Below are positions 48,510 through 60,747 of a stretch of DNA of 64,000 nucleotides, piece by piece. The notes under the pieces were generated by a model. The model was given only the letters and a program-made list of their open reading frames with translations, was not told the DNA's origin and searched no databases. The stretch is taken from the NCBI RefSeq assembly GCF_044704955.1, contig NC_091999.1:40424001-40488000 (forward strand), in the 5' to 3' direction. Positions within the stretch are counted from its first letter, which is position 1; every line of letters begins with the position of its first letter. Source of the stretch: Pristiophorus japonicus. Lineage: Eukaryota. A program made the translations under genes and the position numbers.

Positions 48510-48660
48510 AGGGTCAGACGTCGCACTGATGTAGCAATGGCGACCAAATCACGTTGATGACGCTGCTTTGTTGTAAACAATGACGTCACCCATTGTTTAC
48601 GTGTTGCTGACGTGATGATGTCAAACAGGTAAACACGAAATGCAATATACAGGAAGTTGC
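48510..48660. promoter_or_regulatory. Dense transcription-factor motif cluster (RFX X-box, CRE, forkhead, ETS); candidate promoter/enhancer
   Basis: GTAGCAATGGCGAC (48531-48544), TGACGTCA (48581-48588), GTAAACA/TGTTTAC three times, further TGACG half-sites, and CAGGAAGT (~48650). Confidence 0.45.
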
Positions 48661-48689
48661 ACTGACAAAAACAATTTTCTGCGATAGTG

Positions 48690-49180
48690 ATGTCACACTG
48701 TCCATTCAAACATTCCCAGGGCAGGCACAGCGCGGGTCTATGCAAAGAAAAGCTCCCTCGATGCTGTCCCGTCAAACACTCCCAGCTCAGGTACAGCACG
48801 ATTCGAAAAACAATAAAGCTCCCTCTACACCGTAACATCAAACTCTCCAAGGGCAGATACAGCACGGTTTAGATAGAGAGTAAATCTTGCTCAACACCGT
48901 CCCATCAAACTCTCCCAGGGCAGGTACAGCTCTGGTCTATGCAGAGTAAAGCTCCCAAAACACTGTCCCAGCAAAGACTGCCAGGGCAGGTACAGCACGG
49001 GTAAGCTATAGAGTAAAGCCCCCTCTATACCGTCCCATCAAACTCTTCCAGAGCAGGTACATCACTGATCTATGCAGAGCAAAGCTCTCTCGAAACCGTC
49101 CCATTAAACACTCGCAGGGCAGGTACAGCACGTAGTTAAATGCAGAGTAAAGTTCCCGCTGCAGAGTCACATCAAACACC
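48690..49180 (+). repeat. ~66-bp tandem repeat (~7 copies)
   Basis: CAGGGCAGGTACAGC-like core at 48717, 48783, 48848, 48916, 48982, 49049 and 49115. Confidence 0.9.
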
Positions 49181-49999
49181 CAAGATCATTGAGTTCACAC
49201 GACATATTTTATTATAAAGCTGCCATTCCGCACACCTACCAATTTGGTGTGAGGCCTGGAAATAGACCTTAGAGAACATTTTTGTTAGACATTGACTTCT
49301 TATTGTGAGGTAAAATAATGACGCATTCTTTAGAGGCAAGGCAAAAGGTGGGGATATTAGAGAGAGGCAGAGAGGGAGGGGATGCAGGAAATTGCCACGA
49401 ATACATTTGAGCTGTGACTATGTATGGTGACTAGAATCTTTCCCCATTCTGGCCGCGGATAACATCGTTGATTTGTTCACCAATAACTGAAAAAAAATAT
49501 CCCAAACATCAATTGTTGCTGGAATCCGTTGAGACATTAGCGTTTCTTTCTCTGTTTATTTCTATTCTGTCGTTCACTATTCTAATCTGGGACTTCTATT
49601 TCTGCGTTTATTTACAGAAACACCTCACAGGTTTCCATGAAGTGTTCATGGCAGCAAAAGCAGATCCACAAAGTAATTTACTGATTAGTTTTAACTCACA
49701 GCACAGGTTTATTTTATGAATATTGGTAGTTGGTACAAAGAAATGGAAATATCTCCAGCTGTGACATCGGTTTTTGGTTTGTTCAATTAGAAGAGATATG
49801 ATTTATATCAAAGGGAACATATTAAAATTAATAATTCAATTCTGAAAATTCTGCTACCAAAGTCAATGGAACCTCGCTGAACAGATCAGTAATTCACTGA
49901 ATGTCCATTTAGCGTAAGATTCCAGCCACTTAAACTAAACAAGTTAACACAGCGACCAGAGGATTCACCCATTGCAACGTGTATTTTAAATGTTGACTT

Positions 50000-50440
50000 T
50001 TAGAAATAACTTTCACGATTTTCACGTCCTCAGAATGTCCAAAAGTGCTTTATATTGAAGTACGTTTGAAGTGTAGTCACTTTTGTAATGTAGGAAACGT
50101 GGAGTCAAATTGCACACAGCAAACTCCCACAAACATAATGTGATAATAACCATAGAATCTGTTCTTTAGCGATGCTGGTTAATGGATAAATATGTGTAAT
50201 GGACTTCGGGGTGAACTCCCCTGCTATTTAAAATAGTGCCATTCAATCTCTTACATCCAACTGTAAGCGAAGACTCAGCAGATGTAACGTCTCATCCGAA
50301 AGACTGCTCCACCGTCAATATAGCCCCCATCCCCTTCTCCTTCGGTACTGGTACCGGGAGTGCCAGCCAAGATTATGTGCTCAGTCTCTGGAGAGGGGTT
50401 GTGAACCCACAGCCTTCTCACTCAGAGGTGAGAGTGATCC
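50000..50440 (-). mobile_element. DeuSINE (SacSINE1-like), reverse orientation
   Basis: TAACGTCTCATCCGAAAGAC is the reverse complement of the Deu core; also CACAGCAAACTCCCACAAACA and a tRNA-like head at ~50390-50440. Confidence 0.72.
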
Positions 50441-50965
50441 CATTGTACCAGGGCTTTAGCACGTCACAGCTTAATTTTTTAGATGTTGTCATTTAGTTCA
50501 GAGTGTCCAAAGTTCAAAGCCTGAGACGAGTCTTACACAGTCGGTTTAATTCCCTCGGATAATACTCTTATCTTGCCTGGGATGATATTCTGGCACTGTT
50601 GTAAAATGGGATCAAATCTTAGCGACTCCTCATCTGGATGTTCATGAGGTGCATCAGTAGAACGGCTGGAAACTGGGACGGTGCTCCTTATATCCGAGAA
50701 TGTTAAGGCAGATTTAATAGTGGCGATCGAAATTATGAGGAGTTTTAATCAAGTAAATAGTTAGAAACCTTTGCCACTGGTAGGACGGACAGTAACCACA
50801 AGCCGGAGATTTAAAATGGATTACTGCACTAGACCCTGTCTCTGCTGAGATTACATTAGACCATGTCCCTGCTTACATTGCACTAGACCCTGTCTCTGTT
50901 TATATTACACGAGACCCTGTCCCTATTTTCATTACACGAGACCCTGTCTCTATTTATATTACAGT

Positions 50966-52215
50966 CGCTTAAACAAAGGGGACTACAGTGGGATGATGGC
51001 AGAGTTGTCTAAAGTAGACTGTAAACGCTGACTAAACGGTGGCACAATTGAGGAACAGTGGAGGACTTTTAAGGAGCTATTTCATAGTGCTCAACAAAAA
51101 TATATTCCAGTGAAAAAGAAGGGCGGCAAGAGAAGGGATAACCAGCCGTGGATAACCAAGGAAATAAAGGAGAGTATCAAATTAAAAACCAATGCGTATA
51201 AGGTGGCCAATGTTAGCGGGAAACTAGAAGATTGCGAAAATTTTAATCGACAGCAAAGAATGATTAAGAGAGCAAAAGAGAAAGGAAAGATAGATGACGA
51301 AAGTCAATTTGCGCAACACATAAAAACAGATAGTATAAGCTTTTACCGATATATAAAACGGAAAAGAGTGACTAAAGTAAATGTTGGTCCCTCAGAAGAT
51401 GAGAAGGCGGATTTAATAATGGGAAATGTGGAAATGGCTGAGTCCCTAAACAATTATTTTGCTTCGGTCTTCACAGTGGAAGACACAAAAACCATTGCAG
51501 AAATTGCTGGTCACGGGAATGTGAGAAGGGAGGACCTTGAGATAATCATTATCACAACGGGGGTAGTGCTGGATAGGCTAATGGGACTCAAGGTAGACAA
51601 GTCCCCTGGTCCTGATGAAATGCATCCCAGGGTATTAAAAGAGATGGCGGAAGTTATAGCAGATGCATTCGTTATAATCTACCAAAATTTTCTGGACTCT
51701 GGGGAGGTACCAGCGGATTGGAAAGCAGCAAATGTAACGCCTCTGTTTAACAAAGGGGTCAGACAAAAGGCAAGTAACTATAGGCCGGTTAGTTTAACAT
51801 CTGTAGTGGGGAAAATGCTTGAAGCTATCATTAAGGAAGAAATAGCGGGACATCTCGATAGGAATAGTGCAATAAAGCAGACGCATCATGGATTCATGAA
51901 GGGGAAATCATGTTTAACTAATTTACTGAATTGTTTGAGGATATAATGAGCATAGTGGATAGAGATATACCGATGAATGTGGTGTATTTAGATTTCCAAA
52001 AGGCATTCGATAAGGTTACGGCAGAAGATAAAGGTACGTGGATTCAGAGGAAATGTATTTGCAAGGATAGAGAATTGGCTGGCTAACAGAAAGCAGAGAG
52101 TCGGGATAAATGGGTCCTTGTCGGGTTGGAAACCGGTGGTTAGTGGTGTGCCACAGGGATCGGTGCTGGGACCAGAACTGTTTACAATATGCATGGATGA
52201 ACGGGAAGAAGGGAC
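50966..52215 (+). mobile_element. CR1 ORF2 internal fragment (same subfamily as 27167-29098)
   Basis: 278-aa ORF with PWITKEIK, KSPGPDEMHPRVLKE, NYRPVSLTSVVGK, GFMKGKSCLTNLL; nearly identical wording to the 27 kb copy. Confidence 0.93.
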
Positions 52216-54590
52216 AGATTCAATCAAGTTAGTCAGACATGACCTTCCCTTAACAAATCCGTGCGGACTGTTCCTGATTAATCCATGTCTTTCCAAATGA
52301 AGATTTATCCTGTCATTCAGGATTTTTCCAAAAAAAATTCCCACCACTGAGGTTAGGCTGACAGGCCTTTAATAAATCGATCTATCCTTGTCTCCCTTTT
52401 TAAACAAAGGTTAAACATTAGAGGTCCTCCAGTCCACTGGCACCACACCTGTAGCCAGTGTGGATTGGAAAATGATGGTCAGAGCCTCTGCTATTTCCTC
52501 GTTTGCTTCTCTTAACAGCCTGAAATACATTTCATCTGGGCCTGGGGATTTATCCACTTTCAAAGCTGCTAAGTCCCTTAATACTTCTTCTCTAACTATG
52601 TTTACCTCGTCCAATATTTCACACTCCTCCCTCATTGCAAAATCTGCATCGCCCCTCTCTTTTGTGAAAACAAATGCAGGGTATTTATTAACAATTATAT
52701 TCACATCTTCTGCTTCCACACACACATTTCCTTTGTGGTCTCTAATAGGCCCCATTCTTTTTCTAGTTATCCACTTAATATATTTAGAATGTCTACCTGT
52801 CCTGAAACCTTCATGGGTCTGTGGATATGCACTCCTAGATCTCTTTATTCATCGACACTTCTCAGTATCCTACGATTCATTGTGTATTCCCTTGCCTTGT
52901 TAGCCCTCCCCAAATGCAAGACCACACACTTCCGCGGATTGAAGTCCACTTGCTACTATTCTGCCCACCTGATCAGTCCATTGACATCTCCCTGCAGTCT
53001 ATAGCTTTCTTCTTCATTATCAACCACAAGACCAATTTGTGTGTCATCTGCATACTTCCTAATCATACCCTGTAGATTCAAGTCCAAATTATTGATAAAA
53101 AAGGGACCTAGTAGTGAGCCCTATGGATTCGCTACTGGAGACAGCCATCCAGTCTCAAAAACACCCATCAACCATTAACCTTTGCTTCCTGACTCTGAGC
53201 CAATTTTGAATCCAACTTGCCACTTTGCCTTGTATCCCAATTGCTTATACTTTTGTGACCAGTCTGCCTTGTGGGACTTTATCAACATCGTTGCTAGAAT
53301 TCATATACACTACATCAAATGCACTGCCCTCATTAAATTTTTTGAGTGGCTATACAGGAGAGTCAATCGGTAGACAGACCCGACTTTCCCTTAACAAATC
53401 CATGCTGACTGTCCTTGATTAATCCGTGTCTTCCCAAATGAAGATTTATCCTATCCATCAGCATTTCGTCGAAAATTTTTCCCACAAACGAGCTGAGGCT
53501 CTCCCCAGCTTGGAGAGGATCTAGGTCCCAGCTTTGTTCAGGTGCAACCCGACTGGCTTGTCCAGGTCATACAGCCCCCAGAAACAGTCGCAATACCACA
53601 AGAATTTAAAGTCTTCCCTCCTGCATCGTCTCAAGCCACATATTCACCCGCTCGATCCTCCTATTCCTGTACTCACTAGCACGTGGTACTGGGAGTAATC
53701 TGGAGATTACTACTTTTGATGTCCTGTTTTTTAGTCTCCTTCCCAGCTCCCTCAGAACTGCCTGCAGGACGTCATCTCTCTTTCGACCTTTGTCATTTTT
53801 GACAATATAGACCACGACTTCTGGTTATTAACCCCCCTCCCCCCGGTTCCCTCACAATGTCCTGCACACTTTCAGTGACAAACCTTGACCCTTGCACCAG
53901 GGAGGCAATAACTATCCTGGAGTCACGTCTGCAGCCGCCAAACGTCCATATTACTAGGGGGATTAAGGGGTATGGCGAGAAAGCAGAATGCGGTACTGAA
54001 GTTGCATGTTCAGCCATGAACTCATTGAATGGCGGTGCAGGCTAGAAGGGCCGAATGGCCTAGTCCTGCACCTATTTTCTATGTTTCTATGTCTGTCTAT
54101 TCCCCATGTATCAATTGACCTACCACTATTGCTCTTCCACTCTTCTTCCTTCCCTTCTGTGCAGCTGAGCCACCTATGGTTCCGTGGACTTGGCATTGGA
54201 TTCACACCCCAGAGCAACCATGGTGCTCCTCATTAACCAGAACTGGAAAGCGGTTAATGAGTCAGGGGATTCCTGTCCTACATGCCAGTTCCACCTTGTC
54301 TGTCTGACGATCTTCCATTCCCTCTATGCCTGCACAATTTTAAGCTGCTGGGTGACTACCTCCTGAAATGTGTTATCCTCGAAGCTCTGAGCCCCGCGGA
54401 TAGACTGCATTGACGCTAGCAACCGCTCAAGCTCCGAAACCCGGAGCTGAAAATGCACCCCTATGATATGGAATCTATATGGGTAGAGCTGCAGAACACC
54501 AAAGGGCAATACACGTTAGTGGGAGTTGTGTACAGACATCCAAACAGTAGTAGTGATGTTGTGGAGGGCATCAAACAGTCAATTAGGGAG
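52216..54590 (-). mobile_element. Patchwork of minus-strand CR1 ORF2 and ORF1 pieces, with a short plus-strand CR1 3' end (~53950-54091) and an endonuclease piece (54451-54590)
   Basis: [33 protein letters not shown]1 esterase SKVVISRLLPVPRA, (TTTCTATG) tail at ~54077-54091, and MESIWVELQN..LVGVVYRHPNS. Confidence 0.85.
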
Positions 54591-54609
54591 CTGGCGACAC
54601 TTCCCGCAA

Positions 54610-54925
54610 CGTGGTCATCCAGGTGTTCCCACATGGCCCAGTATGTGTATTCCATGGGAATGTGCTCCCTGACCAGGATGTACATTCCATGGGACTGTGC
54701 TGCCTGCCCAGGATGTACATTCCATGGGACTGAGCTGCCTGCCCAGGATGTGCATTCCTTGTGACTGAGCTGCCTGCACAGGATGTGCATTCCTTGGGAC
54801 TGAGCTTCCCTGCCCAGGATGTACATTCCATGGGACTGAGCTGCCTGCCCAGGATGTGCATTCCATGGGACTGAGCTGCCTGCCCAGGATGTGCATTCCA
54901 AAGGACTGAGCTGCCTGCCCAAGAT
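54610..54925. repeat. 35-bp minisatellite (~9 copies)
   Basis: Unit GGGACTGAGCTGCCTGCCCAGGATGTGCATTCCAT (54841, 54876). Confidence 0.92.
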
Positions 54926-55654
54926 ATAAATTCTCTACAGACAGTTCTAGTTTCTCTGGAACATTCTTTCCTCTCTTGCTCATCCTAAGCTGTATAATTA
55001 ATCCACTCTACTGCTCTGCCTCATAACCCTGCAAATCTATGCAACTCAAATATTTATCTCATTTGCACGTAAGGAGAGAATCTGCCTCCACCACCCTTAC
55101 AGGCAGTGCGTTCCAGGCCATAACATTTCGCTACTGAATGTTTTTCGCTCGTGTGGCATCTGGTTCATTTGCCAATCATCTTAATTCGGTGTCCTCTGGC
55201 TACCGAGCCGTCTGACACTGAAAATGTTTTCCCTCATTAAGAGGGTTGGTGGGCTGCAGGAGGTTAAAGAGATAGGGAGTGGCGAGGTTTGGGCGGGATT
55301 TGAACAAGAGGAGGAGAATTTTAAAGGCTGAAGCTACCCGCCGTATCCCCCAGTGCAGAATGTGGCTCTCTATTAACAGGAAAGAATTTTGTTTCACAAC
55401 TAAAGATGCATAATGAGGGGAAATCAATCTGTGTTCCTTTAACTAACAGCGATATGGAAAGAGAGAAATGAATGGCCTTTAAACACCTGTTTATCGACCC
55501 CCGAAATTGTAAATTATTTCTCATTATATAACCATAGAAATTTACAGCACGGAAGGAGGCCATTTAGGCCCATCGTGTTTGTGCAGACTGATAGAGAGCT
55601 ATCCAGCCTAATCCCACTTTCCAGCTCTTAGTCCGTAGCCTTGTAGCTTACAGA

Positions 55655-55961
55655 GGCGTGAGTTCGGGGCCATTGGGCAGCGCGGGCCAGACCACACAGT
55701 GGTCACTAGGTCCGCGCAGCAGAGCACATCTAGGATTACCCTTGCCACTGGAATAAGACCTAGCTCTGTCAAGCCCGTGTGGCGGCTGGTGTGTAACGGC
55801 CACCACACGTTAAAAAAATCCATGCACAAGCATCTTCCACCCGTCAGGATGTAGTTTGGAACCTGGAATATTAGGTCCTTCATTGAAACATCTGTGAACT
55901 CATCATTCTTTTCGGCGTGGAAGCAAGTCATCCTCGTTTCGATGCACTGCCAATGATGATA
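55655..55961 (+). mobile_element. Short retroposon 3' end (SINE/RTE-like) ending in (TGA)n
   Basis: GC-richer block ending GGAAGCAAGTCATCCTCG...CTGCCAATGATGAT; interrupts a CR1 tail. Confidence 0.45.
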
Positions 55962-55969
55962 TTTGTATC

Positions 55970-56527
55970 GGGTGAGTATGCAATGTGTTGTGTGAGTACA
56001 GATTAACATTTGTCCGTATATGTTGTTTTGTGTGGGTACACCTTGTATTGTGTGAAGTCACGATATATTGTGTGAGTAGAATTTGTGTTGCATGAGTACA
56101 GCTTGTGTTGCGTGACTACATCTTGTATTGTGGGAGTACACCATGTATTTATAAGTAAAGCTTTTATTGTGTGAGTACACCTTGTATTGTGTGAGTACTG
56201 ACTTTGTTGTATGAATACAGCTTATATAGTGTGAGTATTGATATTATGGTGTGAGTTCACATTTTATATCGTGTGAGTCTAACATTTATGGTGTGAGCAC
56301 ACGTTGTATCGTGTAAGTACATCTTGTATTGTGAAAGTAAAGCTTTTGTTGTATGTGTACACCTTGTATTGTATGAGCACCCCTTTTACTGTATGTGTAC
56401 ACCTTTTATTATGTGATTACACCTTGGGGTTGTGTGCGTAAACCTTGTATTGTGTGAGAATAGATTGTATTGCGTAATTTCAGCTTGCATTGTATAAGTA
56501 CACCATGTATTATGTGAGTAAACCTTG
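55970..56527. repeat. ~20-21 bp tandem repeat
   Basis: Unit TGTGTGAGTACACCTTGTAT, degenerate. Confidence 0.88.
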
Positions 56528-56529
56528 AT

Positions 56530-57845
56530 CTCTGATCGGGAGGAGCATCAGTTGGAGGAGCTAGAGGGAGCGGGAGGATCGAGGCGGATAAAAGTTCTGC
56601 GGCAGATCGGGAGGAAGAGCAGTCACAGGAACAGCTGGTGTAGCGTCAAAAAACAAAAAGCAAAATAGAAGTAAAATGAAATCGAAGAGTAATGTCACAA
56701 CCAAGCGGGTAAGTTTTTGGCTGGTTGATTGGTAAGCATTTTTTCGTTTTCTTTTTCTTTTCTTATTAGTAGGAAACCTTTGGCATTGTTGCCAAATTAT
56801 GTTCATCTAAAGGTTAAGTCATGGCAGGAGAGCCCAGAGCCGTGTCCTGCTCCTCCTGCGGAATGTGGGAAGCCAGGGACACTGGCTACTATGTGTGCGT
56901 GAAGTGTGTCGAGCTGCAGCTCCTGTCAGGTCGCATTGAGGCACTGGAGCTGCGCATGGATTCACTCTGGAGCATCCACGATGCTGAGGATGTCTTGGAT
57001 AGCATGCTTAGTGAGTTGGTCACACAGCAGGTAAAGGTGACACAGACAGATAGGGAATGGGTGACCATCAGGAAGAGCAGGGGAAGGAAGGTAGGGCAAT
57101 TATACAGTTTTGGATACTGTTGAGGATGGTGGCTCATCAGGGAAAGGGAGCAGCAGCCAAGTTCATGGCAGCAGCAATAACAGTGCTGCGCAGGTGGGCT
57201 GGAAAAAGAGTGGAAGGTATATAGTGAGAGGAGATTCTATTATAAGTGGAAGAGATAGGCGTTTCTGCGGCTGCAAACGAGACTCCAGAGAAGTATGTTG
57301 CCTCCCTGGTGCAAGGGTCAAGGGTGACTTGGAGCGGGTGCAGGGCATTGTGGAGGGAGAGGGTGAACAGCCAACTATCGTGGTGCATATAGGTACCAAC
57401 AATATAGGTAAAAAACTGGATGACATTCTACAAGCTGAATTTAGGGAGCTAGGAGTTAAATTTAAAAGTCGGGCCTCAAAGGTAGAATCTCAGGATTGCA
57501 ATCAGTGCCACGTGCTATTCAGAGTTGGAACAGCAGGATAGTTCAAATGAATACGTGGCTTGAGGACTGGGGCAAGGGGGAGGTATTCAAATTCCTGGGA
57601 CATTGGAACCGGTTCTGTGGGAGGTGGGGACCAGTACAAACCGGATGGTCTGCACCTGGGCAGGACCGGGACCGAGGTCCTCGGTGGTGCGTTTGCTAGT
57701 GCTGTTGGCGAGTGTTTAAACGAATATGGCAGGGGGATGGGTATTTTTGTAGGGAGGCAGTGGGAAGTAAAAAGGCGGCAGAAGCAAAAGATAGGTAGGA
57801 GAAAAGTAAGAGTGGAGGGCAGAGAAATCAAAAAGCGGCATATTA
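56530..57845 (+). mobile_element. CR1 5' end: 5' UTR and ORF1 (zinc finger/coiled coil + SGNH esterase), 3'-truncated
   Basis: MAGEPRAVSCSSCGMWE...YVCVKCVELQLL; GDSII, VCCLPGARV, VVHIGTNN, DGLHL. Confidence 0.92.
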
Positions 57846-57974
57846 AAATTGGAAGATTTATTGATATTTGTATCTCATCATGCCAATCAGCATCGCGTGA
57901 TTTGCTCTCTCTATTGCCTCACTATCCTTCCGATGCTGCAATACTTCATACCGTATTCTTAACTAAATTTCGTT

Positions 57975-58430
57975 AACCATGCTGTCCGTATACTAACTCC
58001 CACCATCCGTTTCATCCATCATGCCCTGTGCTTGCTGACCTACACGAGTTCCTGGTCGAACAACGCTTTGATTTGAACGTTATCAGCCTTGGTCGAATCC
58101 TTCCATTGCACCACACCTCCAGACTTTGTAACCTCCTTCAGCCCTACTATCTTTGATCATGAATGCATTCCTTGAATTATGGCCTGTCCCCCATCCCCAA
58201 TGTTCTTCATTCCACCATTGGTGGCCATGCCTTCAGCTCCCTAGTCGTTAAGCTCTGGAATTCTCTCTAGAACCGTGCTATCTCTCTCTCGTCATGAAAG
58301 ACGTTCCTTAAACCTATCTCTCTGATCAAGTATTTGGTTATCGTTCCGAATATTTGGCTCATTATGATACTCCTGTGAAGCGTCTTGGGACGCTTTACTT
58401 CGTTAAATGCGCAATATAAATGCAATTTCT
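57975..58430 (+). mobile_element. L2-type LINE 3' end
   Basis: IMPCAC/PVLADLH-like and GHAFSSLVVKLWNSL segments; tail GTGAAGCGTCTTGGGACG...GCGCAATATAAATGCAA. Confidence 0.65.
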
Positions 58431-60747
58431 TTTCTTATATAGTTTCATTATTATCTCTTGGCTTTTATTTTCTATTCCAGTAGAGATAAAATCTCGGGGT
58501 TTATCCCTATTTAATTAGTTGCTACTTTTATTGGGGATTGCAATCTCCAATATTTTCGTTGTCGTGCAGTATGCATGAAATGACAACATGGAAATGTTGC
58601 ACATGAATAACAGGTGTGTCCCCGAATGTAAGGAGCATTCGACATGTAAGGGTTGATGTGTAGGTCATTGGTGAGGAATTTATCATTTCTGGTGAAGGGC
58701 CTGCAACCGAAGCCAGTTTCTTTCTGTGTTCTTTACAGATGCTGATTGAGTTGTTGTGCATTTCCATCTCAGTGGTTTATTTTCAGAGCTGCAGCATTTG
58801 CAGTTTCATTTCAGAGGGTTTTGGTTCATTTTTGCTACCCACTTTTTATTATTATTTCTCATAATGCGTTAATTGTGGCCTTTAAATTGGATCTTTCGTC
58901 GGCTTCTAGTGGGTTTCCTGGCGGAAAGGATTGCGTTGCTGATAATGAAAGACTGAATATAAACTGAATACAGACAACATTTTGTAAACCAATGTAGAGA
59001 TCAGACGAGAACGATCACATGTATCGGATAGAATTTTTAAAGTGAGGTTGTTAAATCAATGATTCAATCAATGATTACATTTATCGGGTAAGTTAACTTA
59101 AGTGATTATGTTTAATTTTTACAATAATTATTAATTGAGAGAGTCAGTATCACTATCAAATAAGGTGAATAGTTTATTTACTGGATAGAACGTTGTTCAG
59201 GTATGGCTGCTTAGTGTTAATGGGTAATTTCGCGATGCTCGATTCTGAGACACTCCTGATGGCCAGAAGTGGATGAGCAAGGAAGATGGCAGGGAAGACA
59301 TGCTGCTTGCTCGTTCAGCATAAAACCGGGCTAGATAACCGAGAAGTGATGGGTTTGACAGGAAAATCGTTGAGGCTAAGTAGACAGAATTAGAATTTAA
59401 CATGGATCACGGCATACTGACCGTGGATGGAGTCGGAGGGGTCGGCATACATCGGGGAAGCTGGAACAGGTCTTGAAACGGTCGTGAGGTTGAGAGTTGG
59501 GCACAGGGCCTAGTCGTAGGCCAGTAGAACAAAACAAGTTTTTGGCTAAGATTTATTTAATAACCGTACATTAGTAGCCACGCATAATTAAATAAACTTT
59601 GAATAAGTTTGATGTTTTTGTCTTGTAAATATTATATTTAGTTGCAAAGAGAAGCTATAATATTTTAGTGACAGATGAACGTTTGATATAAAACAGTAAG
59701 CTGCATGAAATTTCCATCTAAAATATGTTCGCATCGAATTGAGTGTGACACAAAACTCTGAGAAAAAATTGAGATAGAAAGAGTGATGAACAGGAAATTC
59801 ACGTGGAATGTAGGGTCCGGATATTGGGAGATCTCAATCCAGGAGCAGCATCGGGACACCTGTTTGGCGACCCGAATTGCCGGCCTGGCTTAAATGAGGC
59901 CGTTGCTTCAAAATCACAGCAACAGCACTGATATTCGACTTCAACTCGACCTTTCCGTACTATCACCATATCACTTGATACCTTCAATATGCAAAAATCT
60001 ATCGATTGCAATCTTGAATAATAATATGCTAAACATATTTATGCTTGCTCTTGGTGTCTAAAGGAAAGTGACTTTCCATTTTTATATTTTGGCAAATGTG
60101 TGTGCGAATTTATTTCATTACATTAATAGAAACTGCTAACTGTAATCATTGCTATTTACTTACACAATTCCGGCATAAAGGGTGTTATAGCGCTTTAGTT
60201 TGGTGTTACACAGCAGCTTACTTTACACGATACAAAATCGCCAAATCTTCAACCAACTATTTTCCTCAAATTCAGTAACGGTTTCTATTTAACTAGGAAT
60301 AATCATACTGAATCCGTATTGTAGGACTGGGTTGAATTCCTACTTTTGCTGCCAGCCAAAAAATGTCTCGCAGGCAATCTCAGCCCCTTTTGCACACCAA
60401 TATATTTTCATCGACTTTGCCCATTATAATGATCGCTGTTTGTGTTCAACATTGAAGTAAATGGAAATGAAACGCAGCCGATGCTACACTCTTAATAAAG
60501 TATAAGGATCCATCCTCTCTTGAACAGAGCATTCGCGCACACATTCCCCCTCCCATTTCTCTATCTACATATATATATCGAAAATCTATAACCACATGTA
60601 TTCTCGAACTTGTTTACTTTATTAATCTTGACAGAACATACAAGAATGTCATACTTCTACACTTACTAGTAGGATACCCACCGGTTTATAAGAACTATGG
60701 ATCAACCCAGGATCATTCTCAGCAAGGAGTCCCAAAGGACAACTGCT

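Noticed and set aside
45480-48557. Regular 27-bp array resembling CRISPR, and YYTRPCL-repeat ORFs
   Set aside because: No unique spacers, no cas genes and a vertebrate context; these are satellite translations.
54453-54983. Overlapping repetitive ORFs
   Set aside because: Translations of the 35-bp minisatellite.
59985-60070. Possible exon 1 of the second GPCR (…CTTGCTCTTGGTGTCTAAAG|gaaagt, resembling LAxGVP)
   Set aside because: Too degenerate: in-frame stops and no GT donor; cannot be supported without an alignment.
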